Source: Chiloscyllium plagiosum
Lineage: Eukaryota
Reading direction: 5' to 3'
DNA length: 64,000 nt
NCBI RefSeq assembly: GCF_004010195.1
Contig: NC_057720.1
Location: 31,084,150-31,148,149 of the forward strand
Made by a program: the position numbers and the translations under genes
In this document: positions 62,430-64,000 of the stretch, piece by piece
Position numbering within the stretch: position 1 is the first letter of the stretch
Layout: the number at the start of each line of letters is the position of its first letter
Notes under the pieces: generated by a model
What the model saw: the letters and a program-made list of their open reading frames with translations, nothing else
Told to the model about the DNA's origin: nothing
Databases searched by the model: none

Positions 62430-63305
62430 AACTCAATTAATTGGACTAAAAAATCTGAGCAGATGGAATGTAGGAAAATGGGAGGAAGAACAGAAAAAAA
62501 CATAATATTACTTAAATGCAGAGATTGTAGAATGCAGTTGTACAAAAGCATTCTGTGTCTCCTTCTACATGAATCACAAAGAAATAGTCAACATTCAGAT
62601 ACAACAAGGGTTTAGGAAGTCAAATGGAATGTCTTTATTCCAATGAGCAAGACTTGTTCCAACTGTACTCCTGGAGCATTGTATATAATTTTGGTCTCCT
62701 TACTTCAAGAGGGATATAATTAAGCAGTTTAGAGGAGGTTCACTAGATTGATTTGCCCGAAACGTCGATTTTCCTGCTCCTCGGATGCTGCCTAACCTGC
62801 TGTGCTTTTCCAGCACCACTTAGATCTAAACTCTGGTTTCCAGCATTCTGCAGTCCTCACTTTTGCCTGCCTGATTGCTGGGATGAAGGGGTTTGAATTT
62901 TATGTACAGGAAGGTTGGGCCTGTACTGATTGCAGTTTAGAAGAATAAGAGATGATCTTTTTGAAATGTATGAGATTCGGAAGGAGTTTGACAAGATTGA
63001 TGCAGGGAAGATGTTCCCTTTCCAAGGAGACATAGTTTTAAAATTAGGAATCTTCCAATTAAAACTGAGATTAAGAATTTCTTCAATATAATACGTCCCT
63101 TGTTTGTAATTCTCATTCCCCGGTGAGCTGGGTCATTGGATATATTCAAGGTTGAGCTGGAAAGATTATTGATTGACAGGGAGTTAACAACTTTGGGGCA
63201 AGCAGAGAAGTGAAGTGAAGGCGCAATCAGATCAACCAAGATTTAAGGAGTCGCAAAGCAAGTTCAAGAAGCTGAATGTCCCACTGTTGCTCCTATTTCT
63301 CATGC
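62430..63305 (+). mobile_element. Old CR1 3' fragment
   Basis: cagatggaat, tggagcattgt..ttttggtctccttac, aggaggttcactagattgatt, 3' hairpin remnant. Confidence 0.7.
62753..62868 (+). mobile_element. pLTR unit (family A) starting inside HHR stem II, with long tail
   Basis: ttgcccGAAACGTCgattttcctgctcctcggatgctgcc...ccagcattctgcagtcctcacttttgcc. Confidence 0.85.
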
Positions 63306-64000
63306 TATTTTGTTTGAATTCTATGGTGTCACTCTCAACACTCCTCTAAGTTTTTCCCCTTGTGGTATTTATCTAATTTCCTTGGTGCTGTCAAATTTGC
63401 TTCCACCATCTTTTTATTCCAAATTACAACAACTTGCTGCATAAAACTTATTTTTTTAATGTTCCCTGGAATTAGAATGTAAAAGATAGAATTCAACAAG
63501 ACTGTGGCTAATCTGATTGTGAACTTACTTTTTTTTCTGCCTGAACCCTATAATCCTTCACTCCTTTGTCAATCAAAAATCTGTCTATCCCAGCTTTGAA
63601 GAATTCAATGACAGTATCTAACATTCTTCCCTATCATCCTAAACCCAGATCCTCTGGTTACCAAACCTTTTGCAACCAGAAACCTTTTCTACTTATTTAC
63701 TCAAATTGTATAAAACTTTGAGCACTTCACTCACTGCTCCGTGTATTAATCTTCTCTGCTTTAAGGACTATAACTCAACATAATGACTCCAAATGACAGA
63801 TGTTCACCATCTCTGGTACCACTATAGTAAATCTCCTTCACAACCTTTCTAAGATTTTGATATCTTTCCTAAAGTGTGGTGACCAAAAGTGAATTGGATT
63901 TAGCTAAAGTCAATTCATGTTTTTCAGTGGTTTTGCAAACTTTTGATGCTCTTGCATCCTCATGATGATCATACGCGTTGTGCCTATTAGCGGGTTCTTG

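Overview
Repeat-dense vertebrate non-coding DNA (intronic or intergenic). The repeat content (HE1/V-SINEs with TTAGA tails, many CR1 LINEs, Deu-domain SINE remnants, REX1/Babar) indicates a cartilaginous fish, probably a shark; this is an inference from repeat families only. No host gene can be identified with confidence. Nearly all listed ORFs are frameshifted fragments of CR1, CR1-group, REX1, L2, Gypsy or Penelope-like (PLE) retroelements, or their antisense shadows. A 509-N gap lies at 29243-29751. The main signal is more than 20 minimal hammerhead-ribozyme (HHR) motifs (CUGANGA-N-stem II-GAAA-NNUH, palindromic ACGU/AGCU stem III) in about five sequence families, which I label A-E. They occur in the terminal repeats of GIY-YIG PLEs and as tiny ORF-less solo or palindromic insertions, several with 10-16 bp target-site duplications (TSDs). 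Truncation and inversion breakpoints cluster on the ribozyme itself, and inverted insertions repeatedly pair one long-tailed arm with one short arm. A ~5 kb repeat-poor island (44.7-49.9 kb) holds unverified candidate exons and an octamer/AP-1 cluster. Boundaries were set by eye and are approximate for old elements.
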